Notes: generated by a model from the letters alone, not told the origin. A DNA stretch of 64,000 nt from an uncultured Eubacteriaceae bacterium (GCA_964533615.1 CAZHMK010000005.1:20761-84760), one strand, 5' to 3'. Counted from the first letter of the stretch, positions 19,804 to 30,441 are shown. Translations and numbers: made by a program.

Positions 19804-20574
19804 ATGGCAAAGGTTTATTGCGTTTTTAATCAAAAAGGCGGCGTTGGCAAAACAGCGACAACAACGAATTTAGGTGCCGCTCTGGCAAGATTGGGTTTGC
19901 GTGTATTGGTAGTGGATGCCGATTCGCAGGGTAACTTGACAAGCGGTTTGAATATGAAAGTTGAAAAAGGCGGTAAAACGCTTTATGATGTCATCTGCGG
20001 AAAAATGGATATTCAAAAAGCAATTATGCCAACAAGATATTCCGACTTAATGCTCATTCCCGCAAATTCAACACTTGCAGGCTGCGAGGTAGAACTTGTT
20101 AGCGTTCCAAAACGAGAACTAATATTAAAACAAGCTTTATCGAGTATCTTGGATAAATTTGATTATATTTTAATAGACTGTCCCCCTTCTCTTGGATTGA
20201 TATCCATTAATGCTCTGGCGTCTTCCGATGGGATCATTGTGCCGATTCAATGTGAATATTACGCACTTGAAGGTGTCAGCAATTTAATCAATACAATCAA
20301 TCTTGTCAAAAGAGGTTTGAACCCGCTGCTTGATATTATTGGTATCGTGCTCACTATGTATGATAGCCGAACCAATTTATCGGTACAAGTTGCAGCTGAA
20401 GTAAAAAGATACTTCAGAGAAAAAGTATTCAATACCATTATCCCCAGAAATGTTAAAATTGCCGAATCACCCAGTTTTGGCAAGCCGGTTATTTACTATG
20501 ATGAATCCTCAACCGGCGCAAAGGCGTATACTCTTCTGGCTTCTGAATTAATAGAGAAAGAGGGAACTCAATGA
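19804..20574 (+). CDS. soj: Chromosome partitioning ATPase ParA/Soj
   Basis: Deviant Walker A NQKGGVGKT, IDCPPSLG, QCEYYALEG, IPRNV. Confidence 0.97.
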   Translation: MAKVYCVFNQKGGVGKTATTTNLGAALARLGLRVLVVDADSQGNLTSGLNMKVEKGGKTLYDVICGKMDIQKAIMPTRYSDLMLIPANSTLAGCEVELVSVPKRELILKQALSSILDKFDYILIDCPPSLGLISINALASSDGIIVPIQCEYYALEGVSNLINTINLVKRGLNPLLDIIGIVLTMYDSRTNLSVQVAAEVKRYFREKVFNTIIPRNVKIAESPSFGKPVIYYDESSTGAKAYTLLASELIEKEGTQ

Positions 20575-21446
20575 AAAAGAACTCTGTCGCTTTAGGAAAA
20601 GGATTAGACGCCTTAATACCAGTTTATTCTAATGAGCCGGAATCTAACAACGGCCAAAGCCAACCCATAGAATTGGCAGTTGGTAAGCTTTACGCGAATA
20701 CATCACAGCCCAGAAAGTATTTTAATGATGAAAAAATCAGCGAATTAAGCGAATCAATCAAAACACACGGTGTGTTGCAGCCTCTGATTGTTGTCCCCTC
20801 TGAAGACGGAAAATATAAAATCGTTGCCGGAGAACGCAGATGGCGCGCGGCTAAAAGAGCCGGGCTTGAAACAGTGCCGGTATTGATTAAAAATTACAAT
20901 GAACAGGAAATACTTGCTATTTCTCTTGTAGAAAATTTACAGAGACAAGATTTACATGATATAGAAAAAGCAATCACTTATCAGACATTGATAGAAGAAT
21001 TTTCCTTGACACATGATGCGCTGGCAGCTATGCTCGGTATAAGCCGTGCTGCCGTTTCCAATACACTCAGGCTTCTTTCTCTAACAAAACAGGAGCAAGA
21101 TGCTTTAACAGAAGATAAAATATCATCAGGTCATGCGCGTGCGTTGTTATCTTTACCGGAAGGCAAAATGAGAGAACATGCGCTTGCTGCAATCATTAAG
21201 AATAATTTATCAGTGAGAGAAACGGAAAAACTTGTCAAAAATATTATCAAGCCAAAACCTGTCAACCCTCAGTTTAAAGATGTAAACATCATGCAGTTAG
21301 AGGCAGAGTTAACGGAAATTCTCGGAAGTAAAGTATTAATCAACGAATTTAACGGAAAAGGCAAGATCATTATTGAATATTACAATAAAAATGACAGAGA
21401 TAGAATCATAGAAGAACTTTCTCATATATTGGATCAAGAAATGTGA
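20571..21446 (+). CDS. spo0J: Chromosome partitioning protein ParB/Spo0J
   Basis: [46 protein letters not shown]. Confidence 0.96.
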   Translation: MKKNSVALGKGLDALIPVYSNEPESNNGQSQPIELAVGKLYANTSQPRKYFNDEKISELSESIKTHGVLQPLIVVPSEDGKYKIVAGERRWRAAKRAGLETVPVLIKNYNEQEILAISLVENLQRQDLHDIEKAITYQTLIEEFSLTHDALAAMLGISRAAVSNTLRLLSLTKQEQDALTEDKISSGHARALLSLPEGKMREHALAAIIKNNLSVRETEKLVKNIIKPKPVNPQFKDVNIMQLEAELTEILGSKVLINEFNGKGKIIIEYYNKNDRDRIIEELSHILDQEM

Positions 21447-21447
21447 G

Positions 21448-22287
21448 GTGCATAACATGACAAAAAAGAAAAATCCGTCCGTATTTGCCTGCGCACTTGT
21501 GATAAATGTTATATATTACATAATATGTATTATTATTTATAAAATAAACAGCGACAATCATATAACGAATGGTATATTCTTTGCATTTTCTATTATTGTT
21601 TGGTTTGGAATTGGTTTTTTTTATTCCAAAAAAACAATAGATTTTTCATTTTCCAAAGGTGCAAAATTTATATTTCTTAGTTTTCTGCCTATTATTCTTT
21701 TTATGGTTGCATATAATGTGCTGCTAAATATGAATCTTTCTAATGATACATATAGCTGGGTTTTATTTTATAACATCGTGGCCCCGCTTATATTTTGGAT
21801 CAAGCCTGCTGTCTTTTTACTCGATTTTTTTGATATAGCATTTTATACTTTTACATATGCATATATCGGCATTTTATTGATTGCTTCAATAATAGGTCTG
21901 CTCGCATCACAGCTCTCATTACATGCAAAAAATAAAAAAAGAAATAAAAATGCTCCAGACATGCCTCAAAAGACAACAACCGAAGATTCCCAAGTATTGA
22001 ATGAAGCAGCTCTCTCTGCGGTCAATGAGACAGAAAATGAAGTAATTACCGATATTGAATTTGAAAAATCACTTGAAGATACCGAAGATATTTCTGTACA
22101 AGATGACACAGGCCTTCAAGAGACAGCAGAGAATCATTCAATTGAAAATTCTGAAAATGAATACGACATTATTTTAGATCAAATTAATTTTAACGAACTG
22201 CAAAATGATTATAATCTGTCCGCAAATGAAAAGAATAATCAATCAATAGAAGCTCTGGACGAACATGAAAACGAAAATGAAAAATAA
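21448..22287 (+). CDS. Hypothetical membrane protein with a long acidic, low-complexity C-terminal tail
   Basis: About 5 hydrophobic segments in the first ~155 aa, then a basic patch and an E/D/N-rich tail; starts 1 nt after parB. Confidence 0.75.
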   Translation: MHNMTKKKNPSVFACALVINVIYYIICIIIYKINSDNHITNGIFFAFSIIVWFGIGFFYSKKTIDFSFSKGAKFIFLSFLPIILFMVAYNVLLNMNLSNDTYSWVLFYNIVAPLIFWIKPAVFLLDFFDIAFYTFTYAYIGILLIASIIGLLASQLSLHAKNKKRNKNAPDMPQKTTTEDSQVLNEAALSAVNETENEVITDIEFEKSLEDTEDISVQDDTGLQETAENHSIENSENEYDIILDQINFNELQNDYNLSANEKNNQSIEALDEHENENEK

Positions 22288-22318
22288 TCAATAATATGAT
22301 TATAGAAAGGGGTATTTT

Positions 22319-22960
22319 ATGACATTTAATAGCATTGATATAGCCATCGTCGTTATTCTTGCAATCTTTGGAATCATCGGGTTTCGTCGCGGACTCGTAA
22401 AAAGCATCATCTCATTAACCAGTATCATCGTTGGTTTTATTGCGGCAAAACTCTTTTATTTACAGCTTTCAGATTATATCGCCACCGCTACCAATATAAA
22501 CTCTAAAATCAATTCGTTTGTTTATGATAAATTAATGGCTTCTTTCCCCAACGGACAAGTATCGCTTACGGCCTCTGATACAAGCAGCTCTCTTCAGTGG
22601 GTTTTAACAAAATTATTTCATTCACAAACCATAGTCAATGACACTGTCAGCACGATCTCCTCTCAAATCACAGTCATTGTTTTAAATATCTTGTCTTTTG
22701 TTGCATTATTTATAGCAACAATTATCATAATAAAAATAGTGGGCGTACTTTTAAATAAGATTTCCAAGCTTCCGGTATTGAGTTTTGTAAATAAACTTGG
22801 CGGCAGCATTATCGGTATTATAAAAGGCGGCCTGCTTTGTATATTGCTTGTGAGTGCTGTATCTTCCCTGACGATTTTTACCAGCAATCCAACAATTGTA
22901 GACTTACTCAGCAAGTCCGTTTTATGTCAATATTTTGACATCAGCAATTGGTTGTTTTAA
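22319..22960 (+). CDS. CvpA family membrane protein
   Basis: IDIAIVVIL..GFRRGLVKS and NKLGG..IGIIKG patterns. Confidence 0.85.
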   Translation: MTFNSIDIAIVVILAIFGIIGFRRGLVKSIISLTSIIVGFIAAKLFYLQLSDYIATATNINSKINSFVYDKLMASFPNGQVSLTASDTSSSLQWVLTKLFHSQTIVNDTVSTISSQITVIVLNILSFVALFIATIIIIKIVGVLLNKISKLPVLSFVNKLGGSIIGIIKGGLLCILLVSAVSSLTIFTSNPTIVDLLSKSVLCQYFDISNWLF

Positions 22961-22971
22961 GGAGGACGGTT

Positions 22972-23172
22972 ATGCTGCCTGCAAATTTTAATGTCGGTGA
23001 TGTTGTGCAGACAAAGAAAAAACATCCTTGCGGCTGTGATCAATGGGTGATCATTCGAACAGGTGTTGATGTGAAAATAAAATGCCTGCAATGCGGACGC
23101 ATTATTATGCTGCCAAGGCTTGAATTCAAAAAAAAAGTAAAACAAATTATCCAATCAAATAATAATAGATAA
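22972..23172 (+). CDS. DUF951 family (YyzM-like) small protein
   Basis: GDVVQTKKKHPCG..W..IRTGVDVKIKC..CGR; ATG 22972 after AAGGAGG. Confidence 0.9.
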   Translation: MLPANFNVGDVVQTKKKHPCGCDQWVIIRTGVDVKIKCLQCGRIIMLPRLEFKKKVKQIIQSNNNR

Positions 23173-23210
23173 AAGAACTTATAAACACAACCAAAGAAAG
23201 CAATGTATGA

Positions 23211-24134
23211 ATGAACATATACGAAAAAAATTTTTTCAAAAAGAGAATCAATAAATTATCACGTTTAGTAATATTTTATGAGTTGGCACAGGTCCTTGCC
23301 GCAATGATTGCAATCATGTATTATGTCTATGCGTATTCTTTTACTTCTCTTGCTGATAAAATTACCTTACTCGTTACAAACGGCTGGGTTTATATTCTCG
23401 GCGCCGGCATTGGAATGATTTATATCTTTCATTATTATAAAACAAGTTCTTTTAAACAAAAACTTACAACCATAAAATCAAAGATGCCTTTTTCAAAACT
23501 GCTTCTTTTTATTACTTTTTTTTTGGCTCTTCAGTTTATTTATCAATTATTTATTACCGTAATTGAAAATCTGTTGAATGCTGTTGGCTACAGCATTATT
23601 GGAAATCTCGAAGAAATCACCACGACAAGTACGTCGATATCGATGTTTTTATATGTATCTATTATCGGCCCTATCCTTGAAGAAGTCATTTTCAGAGGCA
23701 TTGTGCTCCGTAAATTGGAACCATACGGCAAAATCTTTGCCATTATTTTTTCCAGCATTCTGTTTGGACTGCTACATGCGAATTTTTATCAGGGTATACT
23801 GGCAATACTTACTGGCCTGCTTCTTGGTTATGTTGCACTTGAATATTCAATTGTTTATTCAATTGCTCTGCATATTATCAATAATATGCTTTTCGGGGAA
23901 CTTCTCGGCAAACTCAGCAGCCCTGCGATTACTTGGGCCATATCTATACTGTTTATACTATGTGTAATTCTCGTTATCTTTTTTTCAATTGTGAATATGC
24001 AAAAAATCAAAAAATATATTCAAGAAAATCGCACACAAAAGGCTGTTTATAAATCTGCCTTTTCAAGTTTGTTTTTTATTTTTCTTGCTATAATAAATAT
24101 TGCGTTATCATTTATAAGCATCACAAAACTTTAA
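23211..24134 (+). CDS. CPBP family intramembrane glutamic endopeptidase (CAAX protease-like)
   Basis: EEVIFRG, FGLLH and LHIINN motifs. Confidence 0.92.
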   Translation: MNIYEKNFFKKRINKLSRLVIFYELAQVLAAMIAIMYYVYAYSFTSLADKITLLVTNGWVYILGAGIGMIYIFHYYKTSSFKQKLTTIKSKMPFSKLLLFITFFLALQFIYQLFITVIENLLNAVGYSIIGNLEEITTTSTSISMFLYVSIIGPILEEVIFRGIVLRKLEPYGKIFAIIFSSILFGLLHANFYQGILAILTGLLLGYVALEYSIVYSIALHIINNMLFGELLGKLSSPAITWAISILFILCVILVIFFSIVNMQKIKKYIQENRTQKAVYKSAFSSLFFIFLAIINIALSFISITKL

Positions 24135-24206
24135 AATTAAATTGCTAATTTTATTAAAATATAAATATTGTATTGTGTTTTACAAATAATTTGATATAAT
24201 GTATGT

Positions 24207-24263
24207 TCGAATCCTTGCTCTGTACAGGGATGCAGGGCCATTAGTCCATAAGGAGGTGAGCTG
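24207..24263 (+). ncRNA. rpsF leader (S6:S18-binding autoregulatory RNA), putative
   Basis: TCCTTGCTC...GGGCC..TAGTCCATAAGGAGGTG: 5' TCCTT can pair with the SD; resembles the Firmicute rpsF leader; extended -10 TGATATAAT at 24192-24200. Confidence 0.65.
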
Positions 24264-24554
24264 ATGAAAGCTTATGAAACAATCTTTATCATGACCCCGG
24301 ATTCTGAAGAAACCAGAATCAAAGAATACATTGACAGAATCTCTGAAATTATAACGCAAGGCGGCGGAGCAATTGAAGAAGTCAATGAATGGGGCAAAAA
24401 ACGTTTAGCTTATGAAATAGCTAAAAAGTATAAAGAAGGTTATTATGTATTTATCACATTTACAGCAAATGCAGAAATTTTGCAAGAACTGACACGTGTA
24501 TACGGAATAACCGAAGATGTTATCAGGCACATTATTGTTGACAAAGTAAATTAA
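24264..24554 (+). CDS. rpsF: 30S ribosomal protein S6
   Basis: YETIFI, WGKKRLAYEI, GYY. Confidence 0.97.
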   Translation: MKAYETIFIMTPDSEETRIKEYIDRISEIITQGGGAIEEVNEWGKKRLAYEIAKKYKEGYYVFITFTANAEILQELTRVYGITEDVIRHIIVDKVN

Positions 24555-24574
24555 AGAAAGTGCAGGATACTACA

Positions 24575-25006
24575 ATGTTAAATAAAGTTATCTTAATTGG
24601 AAGATTAACAAGAGATCCAGAAGTGCGTTATACCAATGCAAATACCCCTGTTGCCAGCTTTACTTTAGCCGTAAACAGGAATTTTAAAAACAGAGACGGT
24701 AATTATGACGCAGATTTTATCAATATTGTTGCGTGGCGTAAACTTGCGGAGCTATGTTCAAACAGTCTGCACAAAGGAAGCTTGATCGCAGTAACAGGCA
24801 GAATTCAGACAAGTTCATTTGATGGCAAAGACGGCGTAAGACGTTATACAACGGATGTGATTGCTGATGAGATTGCTTTTCTTGAGAAAAAAAATGCCCG
24901 TCCATCTGACAGTGACAATAATGCATTATATGAAAAACAAGATAATAATTACGGCATACCTGTCGACGGCTTTAATCCGATCGATGACGATGATTTGCCG
25001 TTTTAG
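24575..25006 (+). CDS. ssb: Single-stranded DNA-binding protein
   Basis: [16 protein letters not shown]; C-terminal DDDLPF. Confidence 0.97.
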   Translation: MLNKVILIGRLTRDPEVRYTNANTPVASFTLAVNRNFKNRDGNYDADFINIVAWRKLAELCSNSLHKGSLIAVTGRIQTSSFDGKDGVRRYTTDVIADEIAFLEKKNARPSDSDNNALYEKQDNNYGIPVDGFNPIDDDDLPF

Positions 25007-25026
25007 CAAAACATTATAGAGAGGAG

Positions 25027-25263
25027 ATGTCTATCATGGCAAAACCACCATATAAAAGAAGGAAAAAAGTATGCGAGTTTTGTGAAAGCAAAATCGAACA
25101 TATAGACTACAAACAAACGGATGTATTAAAAAGATATATTTCTGAACGCGGAAAAATTCTTCCCCGCAGAGTAAAAGGCACCTGTGCAAAACATCAAAGA
25201 CAGCTTACATCCGCTATTAAAATCGCAAGAAATATTGCATTGCTGCCATTTACCAATGACTGA
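25027..25263 (+). CDS. rpsR: 30S ribosomal protein S18 (zinc-binding C+ form)
   Basis: [26 protein letters not shown]. Confidence 0.97.
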   Translation: MSIMAKPPYKRRKKVCEFCESKIEHIDYKQTDVLKRYISERGKILPRRVKGTCAKHQRQLTSAIKIARNIALLPFTND

Positions 25264-25274
25264 TTAATAAAAGT

Positions 25275-25304
25275 AAAAAGCTGTATTAAAATACAGCTTT
25301 TTTT
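25275..25304. terminator. Bidirectional intrinsic terminator
   Basis: AAAAAGCTGTATT-AA-AATACAGCTTTTT. Confidence 0.85.
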
Positions 25305-25854
25305 ATTTTTTGTTTATAATAGCATACATTGCTAGATCGGCTTGAGAGCCGTCTTTCCTATAAAGACCGTTTCTTTTATTTCCCAGATAAGTCATATTGC
25401 ATTTTTTCATTACTTTGCCCGATGCGACATTAAACACATCATGCAGCGCTTCAATACGGCTATAACCTACTTCTTCAATCAAATACTCGAGTACACTACT
25501 CAGTACTTCTGTCATGATGCCATGATTCCAAAATCTTCTGCCAATGCAGTATCCTACTTCACAAGTGGACAGGTCATCTTTTTGTGAAACAACCCCAACT
25601 GAACCGATTGGGTATTTAGTAGTTTTTAAAACAATTGCCCAATTATAATAAGATAGTTTGCTATATCCATTGAGCCACTGTTCTAAAATAATTCTGGTAT
25701 GCTGCACTGTTGGATGAGCATCCCATATTAAATATCTTGTGACGTTTTCATCATTTGCCCAATTATAAAACATGTCTTCTGCATCGGTTGATTCAAATTT
25801 TCTTAGTAAAAATCTGTTTGTATGAATTATTTGTGTGCCTTTGTGAATAATCAT
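25303..25854 (-). CDS. GNAT N-acetyltransferase (RimJ/RimL-like)
   Basis: RFLLRKF, EVGYCIG..WNHGIMTE, NVASGKVMKKC. Confidence 0.9.
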   Translation of the reverse strand: MIIHKGTQIIHTNRFLLRKFESTDAEDMFYNWANDENVTRYLIWDAHPTVQHTRIILEQWLNGYSKLSYYNWAIVLKTTKYPIGSVGVVSQKDDLSTCEVGYCIGRRFWNHGIMTEVLSSVLEYLIEEVGYSRIEALHDVFNVASGKVMKKCNMTYLGNKRNGLYRKDGSQADLAMYAIINKK

Positions 25855-25985
25855 TCTGCTTCGTTTTCTTCTTTTAACCTTACTTTAACTTCTATTATAT
25901 TTATTTCTTTAACTTATATAAGACTTTTATTTTCTATAAATTTATTGTATAATATTTTTTCCAAATAAAAAAGAGGTGAATTGCA

Positions 25986-26432
25986 ATGAAAGTTATTTTA
26001 CTTCAAAATGTAAAGGGGCTTGGTAAGCAAGGAGATGTCGTAAATGCAAAGGACGGCTATGCGACCAATTATCTTTTCCCAAAAAAACTTGCAGTAAAAG
26101 CCAATGAAGAAAATATGAACATACTTGCCGAACAAATAAAATTAAAAGAAGAACAAAAACAGCAAGAGAAGCAAAATGCAACCGCGCTGTATAACAAAAT
26201 AAATAATCAAGCTTTTGAGCTAAAAGTAAAAGCCGGCAGCGGCAAAAGATTGTTTGGCAGTGTCACTTCCAAGGAAATCGCCGAGGAAATCAGTCGTGTG
26301 TGCGGCATTGAAATAGATAAACGAAAAATTGAACTCGGTGAAAATATTAAAGAACAAGGCGAAAAAGAAATAAATATAAAACTTCATCCGGAACTTACAG
26401 CCAAAGTAAAAATTATAGTTTCAGCCCTTTAG
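25986..26432 (+). CDS. rplI: 50S ribosomal protein L9
   Basis: MKVILLQNVKGLGKQGDVV..DGYA.NYL, LFGSVT. Confidence 0.97.
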   Translation: MKVILLQNVKGLGKQGDVVNAKDGYATNYLFPKKLAVKANEENMNILAEQIKLKEEQKQQEKQNATALYNKINNQAFELKVKAGSGKRLFGSVTSKEIAEEISRVCGIEIDKRKIELGENIKEQGEKEINIKLHPELTAKVKIIVSAL

Positions 26433-26444
26433 GCAGGAGAAAAT

Positions 26445-27773
26445 ATGTCTACAAAAGCAAGCAGAGTGCTCCCCTACAATCTTGAAGCAGAACAAAGCGT
26501 TGTGGCCTGTGTATTATTTGATAATCATACCATCACAACCGCTGCCGCAATTCTCAGCCCAGATGATTTTTACAATGACCAGTATCGCATTATCTATAAT
26601 GCAATGCTTTATTTGTATTCCAAAGATATGCCTATAGATATCATCACTTTATCCGACAGGCTTCGAAACCAGGAAATGCTTAATGCACTGGGCGGTATTG
26701 AATTCTTGACAAGCTTGGTGGATATCCTTTCCTCTGCTGAAAATATGGAACAATACTGCATGATCGTCAAAGACAAATCCATGCACAGACAACTTATTTC
26801 AAAACTTTCAAAAGTCATTGATGACAGCTATTCAAATAAAGCAGAAGCCAAAGATTTGATTCTTTCTACCGAGAAAGATATTTTAGATATCGTCGTTACA
26901 AGAGACAGAAAATTTTTTGTTCCATTTGACACTGCACTAAAAACAACACTATTAAAACTACAGGAAACAACCGCCAGCGGTTCAAACATAACAGGTATAC
27001 CGACAGGCTTTATAGATCTGGATAAAAAAACATCAGGACTACAGGATTCTGACTTGATTATTCTTGCGGGGCGTCCCGGTATGGGAAAAACATCTCTCGG
27101 CATCAATATATGCCAGCATGCGGCAATTAGAGAACATAAGAAAGTGGCTGTCTTCAGCTTAGAAATGCCGCTCGAACAATTGACTATGCGTATTATTGCC
27201 TCGGAGGCAAACATAAGCAGCATGGATTTACGTACCGGCAGTATTAAAGATTGGTCCAAGATATACAAAGTATGGGAAGAAATCCTTTCCGCTAAACTTT
27301 TCATAGATGATACCCCCGGCATAACCGTTAATGAAATACGGTCTAAATGCAGAAGGCTTAAAGCTCAAGAAGAGCTTGATTTGATCTTGATCGATTATCT
27401 GCAGCTTATTCGAAGCGTCGGCAGAATAGAAAATCGCCAGCAGGAAATATCTCAAATATCAAGAGATTTGAAACTGCTTGCCAAAGAACTCTCCTGTCCG
27501 GTCGTTACTCTTTCACAGCTCAATCGCTCTCCCGAAAAGCGTACGGATAATAAACCTCTTATTTCCGATTTACGAGAATCGGGCGCTATTGAACAGGATG
27601 CGGATATTGTGCTTTTCTTGTATAAAACAGAAGTTGACAACGCAATTAGTGACAAAGTGACACTCAGCATTGCCAAGCATAGAAACGGCCCTACGGGCGA
27701 TATCGATCTTGTGTTTCAGGAAGAGACGACAACATTTAAAAACGCATCAAGCTATGATTTTGACAATGAATAA
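26445..27773 (+). CDS. dnaB: Replicative DNA helicase (DnaC in Bacillus nomenclature)
   Basis: EAEQSV, GRPGMGKT, IDYLQL, SQLNR, LRESGAIEQDAD, AKHRNGPTG. Confidence 0.97.
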   Translation: MSTKASRVLPYNLEAEQSVVACVLFDNHTITTAAAILSPDDFYNDQYRIIYNAMLYLYSKDMPIDIITLSDRLRNQEMLNALGGIEFLTSLVDILSSAENMEQYCMIVKDKSMHRQLISKLSKVIDDSYSNKAEAKDLILSTEKDILDIVVTRDRKFFVPFDTALKTTLLKLQETTASGSNITGIPTGFIDLDKKTSGLQDSDLIILAGRPGMGKTSLGINICQHAAIREHKKVAVFSLEMPLEQLTMRIIASEANISSMDLRTGSIKDWSKIYKVWEEILSAKLFIDDTPGITVNEIRSKCRRLKAQEELDLILIDYLQLIRSVGRIENRQQEISQISRDLKLLAKELSCPVVTLSQLNRSPEKRTDNKPLISDLRESGAIEQDADIVLFLYKTEVDNAISDKVTLSIAKHRNGPTGDIDLVFQEETTTFKNASSYDFDNE

Positions 27774-27895
27774 ATAAACCTAATTTTTTCATAAATATTA
27801 ATAAATACACTGTTTACTCTATTGTTTTTTCTTGTAATATGCTTCCTATAATGATATAATGAAGTGTATTTTTTATTTTTTATTTTTAAAAGAGG

Positions 27896-29185
27896 GTGAA
27901 ATTTTTGAGCACTTTAGTAATTGTCGGAACACAATGGGGTGATGAGGGCAAAGGTAAAATTACAGATTTTTATAGTGAAAAAGCAGATGCCGTCGTTCGA
28001 TATCAAGGCGGAAATAATGCAGGGCATACGGTAATCGTCGGCGATAATGTATATAAATTTCATATGGTTCCTTCGGGAATTATTTGTTCTACTCCTTCCT
28101 ATATTGGAAACGGTATGGTTCTTGACCCTATAGCACTTATGCAAGAAATTACAACGCTGCAAAACAGCGGTCTTGATACGTCTTATCTTCATATCAGTGA
28201 CAGAGCACATATTATAACCCCCTATCATAAATTACTGGACGAATTAAATGAAAAAAGACTTGAGGAAAATAAGATTGGCACTACGAGAAAGGGCATCGGT
28301 CCTGCTTATGCCGATAAAACCAATCGTTTTGGGATTCGAGTATGTGATTTGTTTGAAAAAGATTTACTGAAAAGCAAAATTGATATCAATGTTCATTACA
28401 TCAATTTACTGCTTACAAAGCTATATGATATGCCTCCGCTTGATGCAGATGAAATTTACACTATATTGCTTGGATATGCAGCTAAAATAAAACCTTTTGT
28501 ATGTGATGTTTCCCTTGAGATAGATACGCTTATCAAGCAAGGTAAAAATATCGTCCTTGAGGGCGCACAAGGTGCTATGCTTGATCTTGATTTCGGCACA
28601 TATCCATATGTCACCTCTTCACATCCTACAGCCGGTGGCGTAGCCATTGGTGTTGGAATCTCTCCAAAATCCATTGATCATATTTTAGGCATCGTAAAAG
28701 CTTATACAACACGTGTCGGAGAAGGTCCGTTTCCAACAGAATTAAACGATGCTATCGGAGAATATCTCAGAAAAAGCGGCCATGAATTTGGTACAACGAC
28801 AGGAAGGCCCAGACGATGCGGCTGGTTTGATGCGGCAGTTGTGAAATATTCTGCAAGAATAAACGGTCTTACGCATATAGCACTGACAAAGCTGGATACC
28901 CTGACCGGAATTAAGAAAATTAAAGTTTGTACACACTATGAACTTGACGGACAAAAAATCGATTATTACCCGGCATCTTTAGCCACACTTGCGAAATGCA
29001 AAGCCTGTTACGAGCAGCTTGACGGTTGGGACGAAGATATATCGAAAGCCGAAAATTTCGAGGATCTCCCTAAAAACGCTCAAGCATATGTGAAGTTTTT
29101 AGAAAAGCAAACGGGCGTTCAAATTTCAATCATATCTGTGGGAGCCGAACGAAATAATACAATTATTTTAGATTCGATTATATAA
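27896..29185 (+). CDS. purA: Adenylosuccinate synthetase
   Basis: QWGDEGKGK, GGNNAGHT, EGAQG, GTTTGRPRRCGW. Confidence 0.97.
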   Translation: MKFLSTLVIVGTQWGDEGKGKITDFYSEKADAVVRYQGGNNAGHTVIVGDNVYKFHMVPSGIICSTPSYIGNGMVLDPIALMQEITTLQNSGLDTSYLHISDRAHIITPYHKLLDELNEKRLEENKIGTTRKGIGPAYADKTNRFGIRVCDLFEKDLLKSKIDINVHYINLLLTKLYDMPPLDADEIYTILLGYAAKIKPFVCDVSLEIDTLIKQGKNIVLEGAQGAMLDLDFGTYPYVTSSHPTAGGVAIGVGISPKSIDHILGIVKAYTTRVGEGPFPTELNDAIGEYLRKSGHEFGTTTGRPRRCGWFDAAVVKYSARINGLTHIALTKLDTLTGIKKIKVCTHYELDGQKIDYYPASLATLAKCKACYEQLDGWDEDISKAENFEDLPKNAQAYVKFLEKQTGVQISIISVGAERNNTIILDSII

Positions 29186-29260
29186 TTTTAGCATACAAAG
29201 AGTATTTCATAATTAAATATGTTATACTCTTTTTTAATAATAAAAATAACATTTTATGAT

Positions 29261-29276
29261 TATTTCTCAGGAAATA
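29261..29276. promoter_or_regulatory. Noc-binding-site (NBS)-like palindrome
   Basis: TATTTCTCAGGAAATA, 14/16 to the NBS consensus; upstream of the likely rsmI start. Confidence 0.55.
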
Positions 29277-29324
29277 ATTTCTTTTTCGACAAAGGAAATT
29301 ATTTACATGAATAAAGGATTCAAT

Positions 29325-30164
29325 ATGGAAAACACAGGTCTGCTGATGTTGGTTGCGACTCCGATAGGTAACTTAAAAGATATTTCTATACGCGCAGTTG
29401 AAGAGCTAAAGCAAGCTGATATCATTGCCGCAGAAGATACGCGTCATAGTGGTAAGCTTTTAAAAGCTTACGATATAAACACCAAAATGATTAGTCTGCA
29501 CAAATTTAACGAATCACAAAAACGTGCTTATCTGCTGGAACTCTTAAAAGACGGTAATACAGTTGCACTGATTTCTGACGCGGGCACCCCTGGTATTTGC
29601 GATCCGGGGGAAGATATTGTAAAAGCCTGTATTAAAGAAAATATTGCTGTCAGTATTGTGCCGGGTGCAAATGCACTTATATCCGCTCTTGCAATCAGTG
29701 GGATTTCTGCTTCATCTTTTACATTTCATGGATTCATGCCAAAAAAGAAAAAAGAAAAACAAGAGCTGCTCATTTCATTAGAAAAGTCAAAATATACAAA
29801 TATTTTTTATGAATCTCCCCATCGTATCAAAGATACCTTGCTGATATTAAATACATTAATGCCAATTAGAAACGTTACTCTTGTCAGAGAGCTCACAAAG
29901 CTACATGAGGAGGTGCTGTACGGCACAGCCGGAACATTGCTTAGAATATATGAATCAAAGGAACCAAGAGGCGAATATGTGCTCATCATCGATGGATATA
30001 CTAATGATACATCCGGACAAGAAGAAATAGCTTTAGAAGATGCTATCAAGCTTGCACATTCCTATATACAACAAGGTGTGAAAAAAACAGAAGCCATTAA
30101 AAAAGTTTGCGGCAATACAACTCTTGACAGAAGAACATTGTATGATAAACTAAAAAACGACTAA
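29325..30164 (+). CDS. rsmI: 16S rRNA (cytidine-1402-2'-O)-methyltransferase
   Basis: VATPIGNL.DIS.RA, AEDTR, SDAGTPGICDPG, YESPHR, RELTKLHEE; start moved to ATG 29325 (after AAAGGA). Confidence 0.95.
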   Translation: MENTGLLMLVATPIGNLKDISIRAVEELKQADIIAAEDTRHSGKLLKAYDINTKMISLHKFNESQKRAYLLELLKDGNTVALISDAGTPGICDPGEDIVKACIKENIAVSIVPGANALISALAISGISASSFTFHGFMPKKKKEKQELLISLEKSKYTNIFYESPHRIKDTLLILNTLMPIRNVTLVRELTKLHEEVLYGTAGTLLRIYESKEPRGEYVLIIDGYTNDTSGQEEIALEDAIKLAHSYIQQGVKKTEAIKKVCGNTTLDRRTLYDKLKND

Positions 30165-30180
30165 ATAACCGAGGTAATTT

Positions 30181-30441
30181 ATGAGACGAAAAAAGGACAT
30201 ACAAATTGATGGTGCAAAATATCTCACCACAGTAAATGATCAAATACAATTAGATATCGTTCAATCTCTTTTAAACTCATATGATATCCCTATTTTTATC
30301 AGAGATGAACTAAGCGGCAGCTTTATACGTATCCTCATGGGAAGTTCATATTTTGATTCTGATATTTATGTGTCTGAAAAAGATTATGAAACAGCCAAAG
30401 GAGTGCTTTTCGGACCTATTGAACCCAATGAAAACACTTAA
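30181..30441 (+). CDS. DUF2007-like small protein
   Basis: DIVQSLLNSYDIP ... DIYVSEKDYETAK pattern; GAGGT RBS. Confidence 0.75.
   Translation: MRRKKDIQIDGAKYLTTVNDQIQLDIVQSLLNSYDIPIFIRDELSGSFIRILMGSSYFDSDIYVSEKDYETAKGVLFGPIEPNENT

Noticed and set aside
29256-29324. N-terminal extension of rsmI in the ORF track
   Set aside because: Family similarity and an SD support ATG 29325; the extension spans an NBS-like site
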